From an uncultured delta proteobacterium (GTDB lineage Bacteria > Myxococcota_A > Polyangia > Polyangiales > Polyangiaceae): a DNA stretch of 64,000 bases. Positions 30,571-43,742 of this stretch are shown in pieces. How positions within the stretch are numbered: the first letter of the stretch is position 1; each line of letters opens with the position of its first letter. Position numbers and translations under genes: made by a program. The DNA lies in assembly GCA_963850305.1 (NCBI GenBank), contig CAWKKR010000008.1:1472001-1536000 (forward strand). The letters are read 5' to 3'. The notes under the pieces are model-generated. The model did not search any database. It saw only the letters and a list, made by a program, of their open reading frames with translations, and had not been told where the DNA came from.

Positions 30571-31937
30571 ACCTCCGAGGCCGCGTACCGGCGCTGCTCA
30601 CGGTCGTCGTCGCCGTCGGTGCTTCGCGGCGCGCCCATGCGCAGGCGATTCCGCCGGCCGCCCCTGTGTCGGTACCTCCCGCGGCGACCGCCGCGCCGGA
30701 CTCGACGCCGCGCGTTGCACGCGCGCCTAGCGCGCTTAGCGCGCTCCCCCCCACTACGGATGACGAAACGGCGTCGCTCGATACCGGGCTCACGCGCCCG
30801 CAGGCCCTCTCCATCTACGGGTTTTCGGATTTCGGCTTCAACAAGTTTTACACGTCGGACAAGAGTCAGCTCAACGCCCTGTTTCCTTCGAAGGCGGGAA
30901 CGTTCGTGCTCGGCAACGCGAACCTGTTCTTCGATGCGCAACCCGCGCAAGATTGGAGAACGCTGATGGAGATTCGTTTCACGAATCTCCCCGATGGTTA
31001 CGAGCGAAGCCTGGGGTCCACGGACGGCACGCCCTACGTCCGCGACAACACGACCATTCAAGACTTCACGTCGGCGTCAATCCGCGGATCGGTCGTACTC
31101 GGATCGATCATCATCGAGCGCGCCGAAACCGAGTACGCGTTTTCGGACGCATTCCACGTGATGGCCGGCTACTTCTTCACGCCCTGGGGGATCTGGAACG
31201 TCGATCACGGCACGCCGACGCTGATCTCGCTGCTCTTGCCCTCGTTCATGGCGGACGACCAGCTCCCTAGTCAGATGCTCGGCGTTCAGGGGTACGGCAG
31301 CTTCTACACGCCCAACTGGGAGCTCGGCTATCACGCGTATATCGGCAACAATCGCTCTCCGTCACAGGTCGACTTTCTCGACAGCAAGGCGTTCGGCGGG
31401 CGTCTGTTCGCGAGCTCCACCGGAAGCGCAATCAAGACGAAACTGGGCGTTTCCGGTTATTACGGACGTTACGCAGACATCTCGAAGGAGGTGGTCTCCG
31501 AGCTTCCGTACCTCACGCAGACCACGGAGACCGTGGCGTATCGAGAGTGGATGGTCGGGGCCGACGCTTCCGTCGACGACGGACCGTTTCGGCTGCGCAC
31601 CGAGGGGATCGTGCGTCGCGTCGATTACGACCCCGGCAAGCGCGATGGCACGGATCCGAATCACTACTACCTGAATGGGTACGTGCTCGCGGCGTACCAG
31701 CTTCCCTGGGCCGGACTCGAGCCGTACCTGTATGCGGAGGGGATCCACTGGCCGAGCATTCTCGGCGACACGACGTTCATCGCGTCGGTGGGCCTCAACG
31801 TTCACTTCAACCCGTCCGTGCAGCTCAAGGCGCAGTACGGCCGGGCGATGTTCTTCGACCTCGTCACGAAGGCGAACCGGACGCCGAGCGACAACGACGT
31901 CGACAACTTCGCCGCTCGCCTGGTGGTGTCGTTCTGA
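30567..31937 (+). CDS. Outer-membrane beta-barrel (porin-like) protein
   Basis: Signal peptide, Pro/Ala linker, aromatic amphipathic beta strands, GYFFTPWGIWN, C-terminal Phe (LVVSF). Confidence 0.75.
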   Translation: MNLRGRVPALLTVVVAVGASRRAHAQAIPPAAPVSVPPAATAAPDSTPRVARAPSALSALPPTTDDETASLDTGLTRPQALSIYGFSDFGFNKFYTSDKSQLNALFPSKAGTFVLGNANLFFDAQPAQDWRTLMEIRFTNLPDGYERSLGSTDGTPYVRDNTTIQDFTSASIRGSVVLGSIIIERAETEYAFSDAFHVMAGYFFTPWGIWNVDHGTPTLISLLLPSFMADDQLPSQMLGVQGYGSFYTPNWELGYHAYIGNNRSPSQVDFLDSKAFGGRLFASSTGSAIKTKLGVSGYYGRYADISKEVVSELPYLTQTTETVAYREWMVGADASVDDGPFRLRTEGIVRRVDYDPGKRDGTDPNHYYLNGYVLAAYQLPWAGLEPYLYAEGIHWPSILGDTTFIASVGLNVHFNPSVQLKAQYGRAMFFDLVTKANRTPSDNDVDNFAARLVVSF

Positions 31938-32371
31938 TGGACCGGCGCGGCATGCTGCAGTTGCTCGCGATGGTCGGCATCGCGAGCTTGGCGACGCGGG
32001 CGCGAGCGAGCGCTGCGATCGTCGTCATCGTCAACCCGACGAATCCGATTCGCGCCCTCGGACCGGGTGAGCTCGAAGCCATCTTCACCACGCGGAAGCT
32101 CGACTGGCCGGGCGGCGCGCGCGTCGTGCCATTCAACTTCCCAGCGCGTGATCCGGTTCGCGAAGCGTTCGACAGGAGCGCGCTCCACTTCGATGCGGAC
32201 GAGGCAGCCCGCTACTGGATCGATCGGCGGGTGCGTGGTGGTCATCCACCTCCGCGCCAGGTACCCGATGCGCGAACCATGCTCCGCGTGGTTGCGTCGC
32301 TCGATGCTGCGGTCGGGTACCTGCCCGGCGGCGTGGCGGACGGAACCGTCAAGATCGTGGCTGAGCTGTGA
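31937..32371 (+). CDS. Small PstS-like periplasmic binding-fold protein with Tat signal
   Basis: MDRRGML twin-Arg signal; IVVIVNPTNP..ELEAIFT..W, VAS..AAVGYL. Confidence 0.75.
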   Translation: MDRRGMLQLLAMVGIASLATRARASAAIVVIVNPTNPIRALGPGELEAIFTTRKLDWPGGARVVPFNFPARDPVREAFDRSALHFDADEAARYWIDRRVRGGHPPPRQVPDARTMLRVVASLDAAVGYLPGGVADGTVKIVAEL

Positions 32372-32380
32372 GGTGAAAAC

Positions 32381-32608
32381 ATGAAGAAGCTCATGGTGCT
32401 CCTGGTTGTGGCGCTCTCCCAAGCATGCGCGAACACCGCGACGTGCGACCCCGACGAGATGCTCGTCGACGATCTCTGCTTGCCGCTCCCGCCGATCCCC
32501 GAGGCGGGGGCGCCGGATGCCGGGCTCCGGGATGCGGCTGCTCTAACCGCGCGGGATGGTGGCCGAGAGGCACGATCGGACGCCGGGTCGCTCGGCGAGA
32601 GGAATTGA
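32381..32608 (+). CDS. Small lipoprotein
   Basis: GAGG RBS; MKKLMVLLVVALSQAC lipobox; C-x9-C. Confidence 0.6.
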   Translation: MKKLMVLLVVALSQACANTATCDPDEMLVDDLCLPLPPIPEAGAPDAGLRDAAALTARDGGREARSDAGSLGERN

Positions 32609-32619
32609 GGCAGCAAAAG

Positions 32620-35305
<2,686 letters not shown>

Positions 35306-35317
35306 ACTCGGCGAGGA

Positions 35318-36667
35318 TCAGTGAATCGGCGCGTAGTCCGTCGTGCAGCCGAACACGACCTCGACGCTCGGAAGCGCGCCCGCGTCGCCCTCGATCAAAC
35401 CGCCGTCTCCACGGCCTGCGTTGATGCTCGAGCAGGTGTTCGGGCAGAGCAGGATCTGCGTCGGGTTGTCGGGCGGGTCGAAATACCAGGCCTTCGCCGT
35501 GGTGTTCGCGCAATCGGCGACCGTCTTCGCCTGGTAAATGATTTCCTGGTTTCCCGCGGACGTCGAGAAGATGGCGTTCACCTTCGTCGGGTCGAAGGTC
35601 TCCCCCGCCGGAGGATCCGGCACCGCGAAGGCGCACGCCAGCTTCGTCGTCTGGGTCTCCGTCTTCGTCTCATAAACGGTCTTCGTCACCGTCTGGCGGA
35701 TGGTGTTCAGCGCCGTCGTGAGATCCGAACCGCCGCCGATGTCGCACGCCTCGTTGCCCGCGTTCGGTGGGTTGCAGTTCGTCCCGCCCGCCACGGCGAG
35801 CGCGTCGAGGAAGCCGAAGTCGACCTCACTGGCGTTTGCGCCCGCCATGCCGATCGCGAACGTCAGGATGCCTTGCTTGTAAGCGTCGCCGGCGACGCCT
35901 TCGAGGTCCGTGAGAGTCGTGTCGCAACTCGACGGCTGCCCATCCGTCGCGAACACGACCACGCATTGCTCGTCGGGATGACTCGTCTGATACGTCTCGC
36001 AGTAGCTCTCCGCGCCCCGGAGGCCGCCCTCGGTGGGCGTGCTGAGACCGGTCGGGGCGCCGGGCAACGCGCCTGTAATCGCGGCCGCGTTCGCCGGCAG
36101 TGGCCCCATCGGCACCGTGGGCGTGCTGTAGCCGGTTCCGTCGCAATTGCCGGGATTGGGAAATAGCGGCGGAAAAAACCCGAGCGCCACGTCGATGCCG
36201 GCAGACTTCGGATCGTTCACGAACGTGCTGATGCCGCTCGTGACGACGCTCCACTTCGTGCCGCTCGGCGTTGCCGGTTCGATCATGCTCCCGGACTGAT
36301 CGAGCATGATGAAGATCGCGACCGGCTTGTTCACCTCGACCGTCACGGGGACCTGGGTGGTCACCGTGCGACGTTCCGCGCCGACGGTTTGCCCCGCGCA
36401 CGAGCCGTCGGGCCCGTCCTGCGACGGAATGTTCGTCGTCGTGATGGTGATCATCACGCCGCCCGCGCTCGTGTCGACGAGCGAGCCGCTGCTGCCGGCG
36501 CCCGTGGTCTGCGAGCCTGCGCCGCCCGCGTTACCCGACGAGCCGCTGCCGGTCCCCTCGGTCTGCCCGAGCGACCTCGGTCCCGTGCCGGTGCTCGGCG
36601 AGCACGCTGCCATCGCCAGGGCCCCTGCGAGCCACGCCGCCCGATTCATCCCGAAGTGAGTATGCAT
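35318..36667 (-). CDS. Myxobacterial vWA-domain lipoprotein
   Basis: Lipobox MAAC, Gly/Ser linker, MIDAS DQSGSM, TPT, ATDGQP, Cys-rich C-terminus. Confidence 0.85.
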   Translation of the reverse strand: MHTHFGMNRAAWLAGALAMAACSPSTGTGPRSLGQTEGTGSGSSGNAGGAGSQTTGAGSSGSLVDTSAGGVMITITTTNIPSQDGPDGSCAGQTVGAERRTVTTQVPVTVEVNKPVAIFIMLDQSGSMIEPATPSGTKWSVVTSGISTFVNDPKSAGIDVALGFFPPLFPNPGNCDGTGYSTPTVPMGPLPANAAAITGALPGAPTGLSTPTEGGLRGAESYCETYQTSHPDEQCVVVFATDGQPSSCDTTLTDLEGVAGDAYKQGILTFAIGMAGANASEVDFGFLDALAVAGGTNCNPPNAGNEACDIGGGSDLTTALNTIRQTVTKTVYETKTETQTTKLACAFAVPDPPAGETFDPTKVNAIFSTSAGNQEIIYQAKTVADCANTTAKAWYFDPPDNPTQILLCPNTCSSINAGRGDGGLIEGDAGALPSVEVVFGCTTDYAPIH

Positions 36668-36700
36668 GACGCCGCCTTCGCACGGCGCCCCGCGAAGTGC

Positions 36701-36717
36701 TGCATGACGGGCGCCAA
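36701..36717 (-). promoter_or_regulatory. Possible sigma54 promoter of the vWA gene
   Basis: Minus strand TTGGCGCCCGTCATGCA = GG-N10-GC, ~35 bp upstream of ATG 36667. Confidence 0.4.
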
Positions 36718-36873
36718 GAGTCTTGGTCACCATGTAGCAGACTTGCGCCATCGAACGCCGCGCCGCGCCGCTCACGGGTTTCTCTCGCGAGCGCAATCTC
36801 GCGCGCGAATACGGCTCGACCGTGAAATTCTAGTGCTTGTGCAAGAAGACGGATGTGCACGGGGTCCGTCGTA

Positions 36874-38679
36874 TCAGACGGATGCGCCCGTGAGCGCGTC
36901 GATGCGCGCGAGCAACAGATCGCGATGGAGCCTGAGGGCCTTCGGCATCGTCGAGCCGATCTTGTCGAAGAATTCCCCGTACGAGAGGATCTCCGTCTTC
37001 CACTCGTCGAGATCGATGTTCGTCGCCTCGTCGACCTTGTCGTGGGGGATATCGAGGCCCGACAGATCGAGGTCGCCCGCCTTCGGCACCCAGCCGAAGA
37101 GCGTCTCCTGACCGCCCACGCGAAGGCGCGCGCGATCCACGATCCACTTGAGGACGCGCATGTTCTCCCCGAACCCAGGCCAGAGGAATCTCCCGTCCTT
37201 GTCGCGACGGAACCAGTTCACCAGGAAGACCTTCGGTGGGTTCGTTATCTTGGACTGCATCGCGAGCCAGTGCTGGAAGTACTGGCCCATGTCGTACCCG
37301 CAGAACGGCAGCATCGCGAACGGATCGCGGCGCACGACGCCCACTTGCCCCGCGGCCGCCGCCGTCGTCTCGGACCCCAGCGTTGCGCCGAAGAACACCC
37401 CGTTCAGCCAGTTGAACGCTTGCATTACGAGGGGCACGGTCGTGGCGCGCCGTCCGCCGAAGATGATCGCGCTGATGGGCACGCCCGCCGGGTCGTCGTA
37501 GAACTTCGACAGGAACGGGTTGTTCGTCGCGGGCGCGGTGAAGCGCGCGTTCGGATGCGCCGCCTTTTCCGTCGAGCGCGGCGTCCAGGGACGGCCCTGC
37601 CAATCTATGAGCTCGGGCGGCACCGGACCGTCCTTGCCCTCCCACCACACGTCGCCGTCCGGCGTGCGCGCCACGTTCGTGAAGATCGTATCGCGGATCA
37701 CCGACTTCATCGCGTTCGCGTTCGATTCGTAGCTGGTGCCCGGCGCGACGCCGAAGTAGCCGAACTCCGGGTTCACGGCGTAGAGCTTTCCGTCTTCGCC
37801 GACTCGCATCCACGCGATGTCGTCGCCGACGGTCCAGATCTTCCATCCCTTGAAGCGCTTGGGCGGAATCATCATGGCGAAGTTCGTCTTGCCGCAGGCG
37901 CTCGGGAACGCCCCGGCGACGTACGTCATCTCGCCTTCCGGGCTCTCCACACCGAGGATCAGCATATGCTCGGCGAGCCACCCCTCCTTCTTGCCGAGGT
38001 AGCTCCCGATGCGCAGCGCGAGGCACTTCTTGCCGAGTAGAACGTTCCCGCCGTAGCCGGAGCCGATCGACCAGATCGTGTTGTCCTGCGGGAAGTGACA
38101 GATGAACCTCCGCTCGGGGTTGCAGTCCAGCGTCGAGTGGAGGCCCCGGTTGAACTCGCCTCCCGAGCCGAGCATGTCGAGCGCGATCTTACCCATCCGG
38201 GTCATGATCCGCATGTTGAGCGCGACGTAGACGCTGTCCGTAAGCTCGATGCCAATCTTCGACATCTTCGAGCCGGCGGGGCCCATGATGTACGGCACGA
38301 CGTACATCGTGCGACCCTTCATGGAGCCGTCGAAGAGCTTCCCGAGTTTCTCGTAAGCCTGCTTCGGATCCATCCAGTTGTTGGTCGGACCCGCCTCGTC
38401 CTTCGTGGGCGTGCAGATGAAGGTGAGCTGCTCCACGCGAGCCACGTCGTTCGGGTTCGAACGATGCAGGTAACAGCCGGGTAGCTTCTCCTGGTTCAAC
38501 GGCTCGAGGACTTTTTGAGCGACGGCGTCCGCCGTGAAGCGCCGCTTCTCGTCTTCGGAGCCGTCGCACCAAACGATGCGGTCGGGTTTCGTCAGCTGAG
38601 CCATCTCGCTCACCCATCTCGAAAGCTCTGCGCTGGTCGTGGGAACTCGGCCTGAAGAATCCGCGGGCTGTGACGTCAT
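36874..38679 (-). CDS. pckG: Phosphoenolpyruvate carboxykinase (GTP)
   Basis: [56 protein letters not shown]. Confidence 0.97.
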   Translation of the reverse strand: MTSQPADSSGRVPTTSAELSRWVSEMAQLTKPDRIVWCDGSEDEKRRFTADAVAQKVLEPLNQEKLPGCYLHRSNPNDVARVEQLTFICTPTKDEAGPTNNWMDPKQAYEKLGKLFDGSMKGRTMYVVPYIMGPAGSKMSKIGIELTDSVYVALNMRIMTRMGKIALDMLGSGGEFNRGLHSTLDCNPERRFICHFPQDNTIWSIGSGYGGNVLLGKKCLALRIGSYLGKKEGWLAEHMLILGVESPEGEMTYVAGAFPSACGKTNFAMMIPPKRFKGWKIWTVGDDIAWMRVGEDGKLYAVNPEFGYFGVAPGTSYESNANAMKSVIRDTIFTNVARTPDGDVWWEGKDGPVPPELIDWQGRPWTPRSTEKAAHPNARFTAPATNNPFLSKFYDDPAGVPISAIIFGGRRATTVPLVMQAFNWLNGVFFGATLGSETTAAAAGQVGVVRRDPFAMLPFCGYDMGQYFQHWLAMQSKITNPPKVFLVNWFRRDKDGRFLWPGFGENMRVLKWIVDRARLRVGGQETLFGWVPKAGDLDLSGLDIPHDKVDEATNIDLDEWKTEILSYGEFFDKIGSTMPKALRLHRDLLLARIDALTGASV

Positions 38680-38777
38680 GCGCGTCGCTTTACCGCGAGT
38701 CCGCCTGCGGCGCATCAGTAGTTCCGCATCGACGAGCAGCGCCGTCCCCGAGGGATCAAAGAGCTGCGGAACTTTGC

Positions 38778-38930
38778 GAGCGCAGCGAGCCCGCCGAAGG
38801 CGGCGGGGGAGCGGTCGCGAAGCGAGCCGCGGGGGTCAAGACCCCCTTGCGAGGGGAACGAGCCCGCCGAAGGCGGCGGGGGAGCGGTCGCGAAGCGAGC
38901 CGCGGGGGTCAACGCCCCCCTTTCCTAGTA
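38778..38930. repeat. REP-like structured intergenic element with 54-bp direct repeat
   Basis: Identical 54-mers at 38786-38839 and 38859-38912; hairpins CCGCC-GAA-GGCGG and GGGGG-TCAACG-CCCCC; ends CTAGTA. Confidence 0.8.
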
Positions 38931-39141
38931 GATTTGGGCTCGCTGGACTGGTTGAACCATGGCGGACGACTGGCGGCGGGACCAGCCAGCCCATCTTCTT
39001 CTTCCGCGTGGAAATCCCCTCGCCCACGCCGCTCCCTGCGGAGGTGCCGTCGTCGGAGCGTCACCCGACGCGGTGCGTGACGCCGTTCCCACTGGCGGGT
39101 CACGAGGACCCAAACGGCGTCCGGTGCTACGACCCCCACGC

Positions 39142-39663
39142 ATGCGCTCGGCCGGCTCCGACGAACCCGATGAGGCCGAGGAGGATCTGCGGTCTCGCAC
39201 CAATCTCAAGCGGGAACGCCGCGAGTCGGAGGAGGCTCTGCTCGCTCTCGCCAGGGACCTGGTGTCCCTCGCCGACCGCACCCTGTCGAAGCTCGAGCTC
39301 TCCGACGAGCTATTTTCCACCATCGGCGAGGCGCGTCGCATCCACGAACCTTCGCCGCACCACCGTGCCCTTCGGCGCGTCCGCATCGCCCTCCGCGGCG
39401 TCGACGCGGCATCCATCGAGAAGCGGCTCCGTCGTTTGCGCGATCCATCGCGGGGGACCAAGGAACCGTCACTTCTCGAACGATGGTGCGATCGGCTCCT
39501 CGCCGGCAACGAATCGGATCTGGACGCGTTCGTCGAGACATTCCCCGACGTCGACCGCCGGCAGTTGCGGACACTGCTTCGCAATCATCGCAAGGCCACG
39601 GACTCAGGTCGCGCGGAGTGCCTTTCGACCCTCACGAAGGCGCTTCGAAAATACGTCGGCTAG
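39142..39663 (+). CDS. darP: Ribosome biogenesis factor DarP (YjgA/DUF615)
   Basis: SRTNLKRE..., LERWCDRLL, DRRQLRTLLRN family motifs. Confidence 0.8.
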   Translation: MRSAGSDEPDEAEEDLRSRTNLKRERRESEEALLALARDLVSLADRTLSKLELSDELFSTIGEARRIHEPSPHHRALRRVRIALRGVDAASIEKRLRRLRDPSRGTKEPSLLERWCDRLLAGNESDLDAFVETFPDVDRRQLRTLLRNHRKATDSGRAECLSTLTKALRKYVG

Positions 39664-40650
39664 CGTCGGCGCCGCCGGCGGCCGGATGGATTCCGGCGGC
39701 GCGGGACGTCCGCGACGAAGGATCTCGCGCCAATCTTCCGCGCTGTATTTCGCGGGAGCCGTCGTCGCGAGAAAATCGCGAACCAGTGCGATGAACCGCT
39801 TCGGATCCGCTCGGTGGGGAAAATGGCCCGCGTCTTCGAAAATCTCGAGCCGGCTGCCGGGCATGGCGCGATGTGCGACGTCCGCATGTCGTCGCGGCAG
39901 GACGGCGTCGTGCGCGCCCCAGAGCAGCAACGTGGGCATGCCGCGCGTGAGGTAGCATCGATCGAGCATCGTGATGGCCTGGCCACGCCAGTCCACCACG
40001 GCGCGGATCGTTCGGACGAAGGCTCGCCGCGCCGTCGCGTCGGGGAGCGCGTCGAACACGCCGAGCAAGTCCTCCGCGTCCCTGCCGAGATCGGTGTTCA
40101 GTCGTTGCAGCAGGCGCAGCCCGAGCCAGATGGCGAACCGCGTCGGGGGCAGCGGCACGAGCGGCAAGAATGGACCCGAGATGGGCGCCGAGGCGAGCCT
40201 CAGGAACGGATGCACCTCGTGCGACACGCCACCCGTGCTCACCAGCACGAGGCGCTCGCAGCGCTCGGGGTATTGATATGCGAACTGCATCGCGATCCCC
40301 CCGCCGAGCGAGTGCCCCACGACCGTGACGCGATCCACGTCGAGCACGCTCAGCAGATCACGCATCGCGTTCGCATAGGCGGCAATCGAGTAGTCCGCGC
40401 GTGGCTTGTCGGAGCGGCCGTGACCCAGCAGATCCGGGGCGATGATCGTATGATCGCGTGCCAGATCCGGAATCACGCCGCGCCACGTGTCGGAGCAATC
40501 CCCGATGCCGTGAATCAAGAGAAGTGCGGGCCCGCGTCCCACCTGCACGAACGCGCGACGATAACCATGCACGGTCCGGAACTGCACCTCGTAGTCGAGC
40601 GCTCCGCTTCCCGTCGCCCGCGCGCGAACCGGTAAGGTGACGACCGTCAC
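39604..40650 (-). CDS. Alpha/beta fold hydrolase
   Basis: LLIHGIG, PDLLGHGRS, GHSLGG, WGAHD, GHFPH; start uncertain. Confidence 0.9.
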   Translation of the reverse strand: MTVVTLPVRARATGSGALDYEVQFRTVHGYRRAFVQVGRGPALLLIHGIGDCSDTWRGVIPDLARDHTIIAPDLLGHGRSDKPRADYSIAAYANAMRDLLSVLDVDRVTVVGHSLGGGIAMQFAYQYPERCERLVLVSTGGVSHEVHPFLRLASAPISGPFLPLVPLPPTRFAIWLGLRLLQRLNTDLGRDAEDLLGVFDALPDATARRAFVRTIRAVVDWRGQAITMLDRCYLTRGMPTLLLWGAHDAVLPRRHADVAHRAMPGSRLEIFEDAGHFPHRADPKRFIALVRDFLATTAPAKYSAEDWREILRRGRPAPPESIRPPAAPTLADVFSKRLREGRKALRAT

Positions 40651-40839
40651 GCACTCAACTCCGAGCTCGTCATGATCAACGACGGAGTCTAGCAAACTTC
40701 CACGCTCACCCGTACCGCATCCGACGGTACGAGCTTCGCGAAAGCCACCGGAAACGGGCTCGAAATGTCTCCCACGCGTTTCCTCGTTCGTTCTTTTCCG
40801 CGATCGGCGGCGCGGGCGCGCTACGCTCGCGAACCTCAC

Positions 40840-41304
40840 GTGGCGGACGGTGATGACGCTTGGATGCGCGCGGCGCTCGACGAGGCTCGTCGCGCGACGG
40901 AGCATGGCGACGTTCCGGTCGGGTGCATCGTCCTCGGACCGGACGGAAGGGAGCTTGCCCGCGGCCGAAACCTACGGGAACATGACGGTGATCCGACGGC
41001 CCACGCGGAAATCGTCGCGATCCGTGCTGCCGCCCGGGCGCGCGGACTGTGGCGTCTCGACGGCTGCACGCTGTTCGTCACACTGGAGCCGTGCGCGATG
41101 TGTGCCGGGGCGCTCGTCAATGCCCGCGTATCTCGTCTGGTCTTCGGCGCCGCGGACCCGAAGGCGGGAGCCGTCGTGTCGCTGTTCCATGTCGGTCGCG
41201 ACCCGCGTTTGAATCATCGATTCGAGGTCGAAGCCGGCGTTCTCGCGGACGAGTCCGCGGCCCTGCTCCGTGCATTTTTCGAACGTCTTCGCGCGCGTGG
41301 TTGA
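40840..41304 (+). CDS. tadA: tRNA adenosine(34) deaminase
   Basis: DVPVG, DPTAHAE, TLEPCAMC, DPKAG, LNH, FF..LR. Confidence 0.92.
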   Translation: MADGDDAWMRAALDEARRATEHGDVPVGCIVLGPDGRELARGRNLREHDGDPTAHAEIVAIRAAARARGLWRLDGCTLFVTLEPCAMCAGALVNARVSRLVFGAADPKAGAVVSLFHVGRDPRLNHRFEVEAGVLADESAALLRAFFERLRARG

Positions 41305-41311
41305 GCGAGCT

Positions 41312-43588
41312 CTACGGCCCCTCCGTGTCCGGCTCGGGCGCGTCCGGTGCGAGGTCGGGGACGTCCGGCTCGGCGCTGCCGCTCTCTGGTTCGCCGTCTT
41401 CGGCTCCGGGCACGCCAAGGTGGACCGTTTCCGCGATGCCCGCGGCAAGCTCGCGGTCGTCCACTTTGCGGATCTTGTGCGCGATGTCCATGAGGTGACG
41501 CAGATAGTCCGCCCACAGCTTCGACAACGTGCCATCCGGGGCGAAGTGACGAATTTTTGGGTTCGGCAGGATGCTGACGAGATAGAAGGCCTGCGCAAGG
41601 GAGAGGTCCTTCGGCAGTGAATTGAAGTAGTGCTCTGCGGCGGGTCCGATTCCGTAGAGTCCCGGCGCGAACTCGATGACGTTCAGATAGAGTTCGAGGA
41701 TCCGTTCCTTCGTCAGGCTCTGCTCGAGCAGAACCGTCAGCACGGACTCCTGCAGCTTTCGTGACAGCGTCTTTTCGCGGCCAAGGTAGAGATTCTTGGC
41801 AAGCTGCATCGAGACCGTGCTCGCGCCTCGCAGGAACTTGCCGGCGCGGAGGTTGTCGCGGATGGAGTCGCGGATCGACTTCTCGTTGAAGCCGTGGTGA
41901 ACCCAGAAGTTCGAGTCTTCACACACGACGACCGCGATCGGGACATACGGGCTGATCTCGGTGAGCGGAACCCAGTCCCGGGTTCCAGGACCGCTCTCTA
42001 TCGTCGTCGGAACGTCACCGGGCCCGAGGACGGTGCGCTCCCAGGGTCGAGAGAATCGGTCGGCGGAAATGGCAGCCGGCACTTTCGTGATCCGACAGTC
42101 GTTCGCGGCGCTCAAGTCGACCTGCGCGTCGCCGGGCCGTCGCGTGTCGAACGTGAGGCCGCCCGAGAACGCGAACGTGCCCGACACCTCGAGCCCGCCG
42201 AGCAGCGGCACCAGCGACGGCGGGATCGACGCGAGCATGTCGCTGCATGCCGCGAGAGGGATCTCCGCGTGAATCGTTCCGTGTGAGTATCCGTCCTCCC
42301 TGAAGAGCTCGCCAGTCGCGCCGAGTTTCACCTTGCCGACGCCGATCTGCACGTCGTCCACCCGAACGTGATTTCCGTCGAGGCTCACGTCGGCTCCGCC
42401 GGAGAGCGACAGTTCGAGCCCCCGGACGGGGTCACCCGCAAGCCTGGGTTGATCGATCGCGAGACCCGAGAAGCGCGAGCGTCCTTCGATATGGAGGGTC
42501 CGGCCGTCGCTCGTCAGCGTGGCGCGACCGTTCGCTTCGACGTCCGACCGCTCGACGTCTTCGAGACCCATGTCGCCTTCCTTGACGCCGAGAGCGCGCA
42601 AGCTGAGCGGCCCTCCCCCGAGCGCAATGTCGATGGGCCCCGCGCCGGACGGCACCGACGCTTCGACGTGAAGCGGTACCTTTCCGTCGTCGGCGCCGGA
42701 CGTGAGCCCGATCCGCGTGCCGCCGGCGTCGGACGACAGCATGAGCGTCGCGGGTCCAACGTTCAACGAGTCTCCGTCGTGTCGGATTGTGATGTGCGCT
42801 CCGCGGAGCTCCACCTTGGAAGAGGGACGGAGCCACGACGAAATCCGCGTCGCGACTCGTTCGAGATCCGCGCGGAGGCGCGAGCCGGGATTCTCCGTCG
42901 CGGGTTCCGCCGTTCCCTCGCGAGCGAGGTCTCGTCCAGCATCGCTCGCATCGAGGTCCACGCTCGCGTCGAGCCGCGCTGCGGCGAGGCCGACCAACAC
43001 CCGTCGCTCGCCGTCCCGTTCCAGATCGACGTCCCCTCGCGAAGCCTCGACGTCAATCCGTCCGAACGACAGCCGAGCGAGATCTGCCGCGAGACGTTCG
43101 CGGCCGTCCGGAGCACGTGAGTAACGGATGCCCCACGCGAATTCCGCCGGCTTGCCCGCCGCTCCGGTCCACGAGAGGTCCACACCGTCGACGGCTATCC
43201 TCAGGTCGCGATGCTCGCGGCCGACCGTCGTTGCATTGGTGTGCGCGTCACGCCAGCCCTCGAGTTGCTTCGCGATGGCCTCGTTCGATCCATTCACTCG
43301 AACGTGGCCACCGTGCACTTCGACGCTGCGGGGTGAGAGAGCCAGACTCGGTGTCACTATCACGTCATCCAGGGAAACCGTGACGCCGGGCACTTCGCGC
43401 GAGGCCATCGTGACACCGTGAAATCTCACGGTCCCCCATCCAAGCCGCGTTTTGCGGATGACCAGACGCAGACCCATCGCCGCCGCGCGGTTCACCGCGT
43501 CGCGACGCGCGAGCGACGGCGCCGCGGCCACGAACGCACAAGCCGCGGCCGCGGCAGCACCGAGCGCATAGAGCCGGCGGCGGTTCAC
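41312..43588 (-). CDS. Peptidoglycan transglycosylase (GT51, MtgA-like) with long AsmA-like beta-rich N-terminus
   Basis: EDSNFWVHHGF, GASTVSMQLAKNLY, RKLQE, KERILELYLN; no transpeptidase domain. Confidence 0.88.
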   Translation of the reverse strand: MNRRRLYALGAAAAAACAFVAAAPSLARRDAVNRAAAMGLRLVIRKTRLGWGTVRFHGVTMASREVPGVTVSLDDVIVTPSLALSPRSVEVHGGHVRVNGSNEAIAKQLEGWRDAHTNATTVGREHRDLRIAVDGVDLSWTGAAGKPAEFAWGIRYSRAPDGRERLAADLARLSFGRIDVEASRGDVDLERDGERRVLVGLAAARLDASVDLDASDAGRDLAREGTAEPATENPGSRLRADLERVATRISSWLRPSSKVELRGAHITIRHDGDSLNVGPATLMLSSDAGGTRIGLTSGADDGKVPLHVEASVPSGAGPIDIALGGGPLSLRALGVKEGDMGLEDVERSDVEANGRATLTSDGRTLHIEGRSRFSGLAIDQPRLAGDPVRGLELSLSGGADVSLDGNHVRVDDVQIGVGKVKLGATGELFREDGYSHGTIHAEIPLAACSDMLASIPPSLVPLLGGLEVSGTFAFSGGLTFDTRRPGDAQVDLSAANDCRITKVPAAISADRFSRPWERTVLGPGDVPTTIESGPGTRDWVPLTEISPYVPIAVVVCEDSNFWVHHGFNEKSIRDSIRDNLRAGKFLRGASTVSMQLAKNLYLGREKTLSRKLQESVLTVLLEQSLTKERILELYLNVIEFAPGLYGIGPAAEHYFNSLPKDLSLAQAFYLVSILPNPKIRHFAPDGTLSKLWADYLRHLMDIAHKIRKVDDRELAAGIAETVHLGVPGAEDGEPESGSAEPDVPDLAPDAPEPDTEGP

Positions 43589-43655
43589 GGGCAGGGAGAC
43601 TACAGCGCAATCGCCGCGTCGATGAAACCGCTTGGTCCAGCCGATTCACGGCCCC

Positions 43656-43742
43656 GAGCGCAGCGAGTCCCGGGGGGGCCGCCCGAAAGGGCCGTCCCTA
43701 CCGGAACAGCCGAGGGGGCGGGCAACGCCCCCTCTGCTAGTA
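43656..43742. repeat. Second REP-like element related to the 38.8-kb element
   Basis: Shares 5' GAGCGCAGCGAG and 3' GGGGG..CAACGCCCCCT..CTAGTA. Confidence 0.6.

Noticed and set aside
31937..32371. Phosphate ABC uptake operon
   Set aside because: The protein is under half the size of PstS, and no pstCAB or phoU genes are present
39604..39663. 60-bp convergent overlap of darP and the hydrolase as antisense regulation
   Set aside because: Short 3' overlaps are common in GC-rich genomes, and this one could stem from an indel
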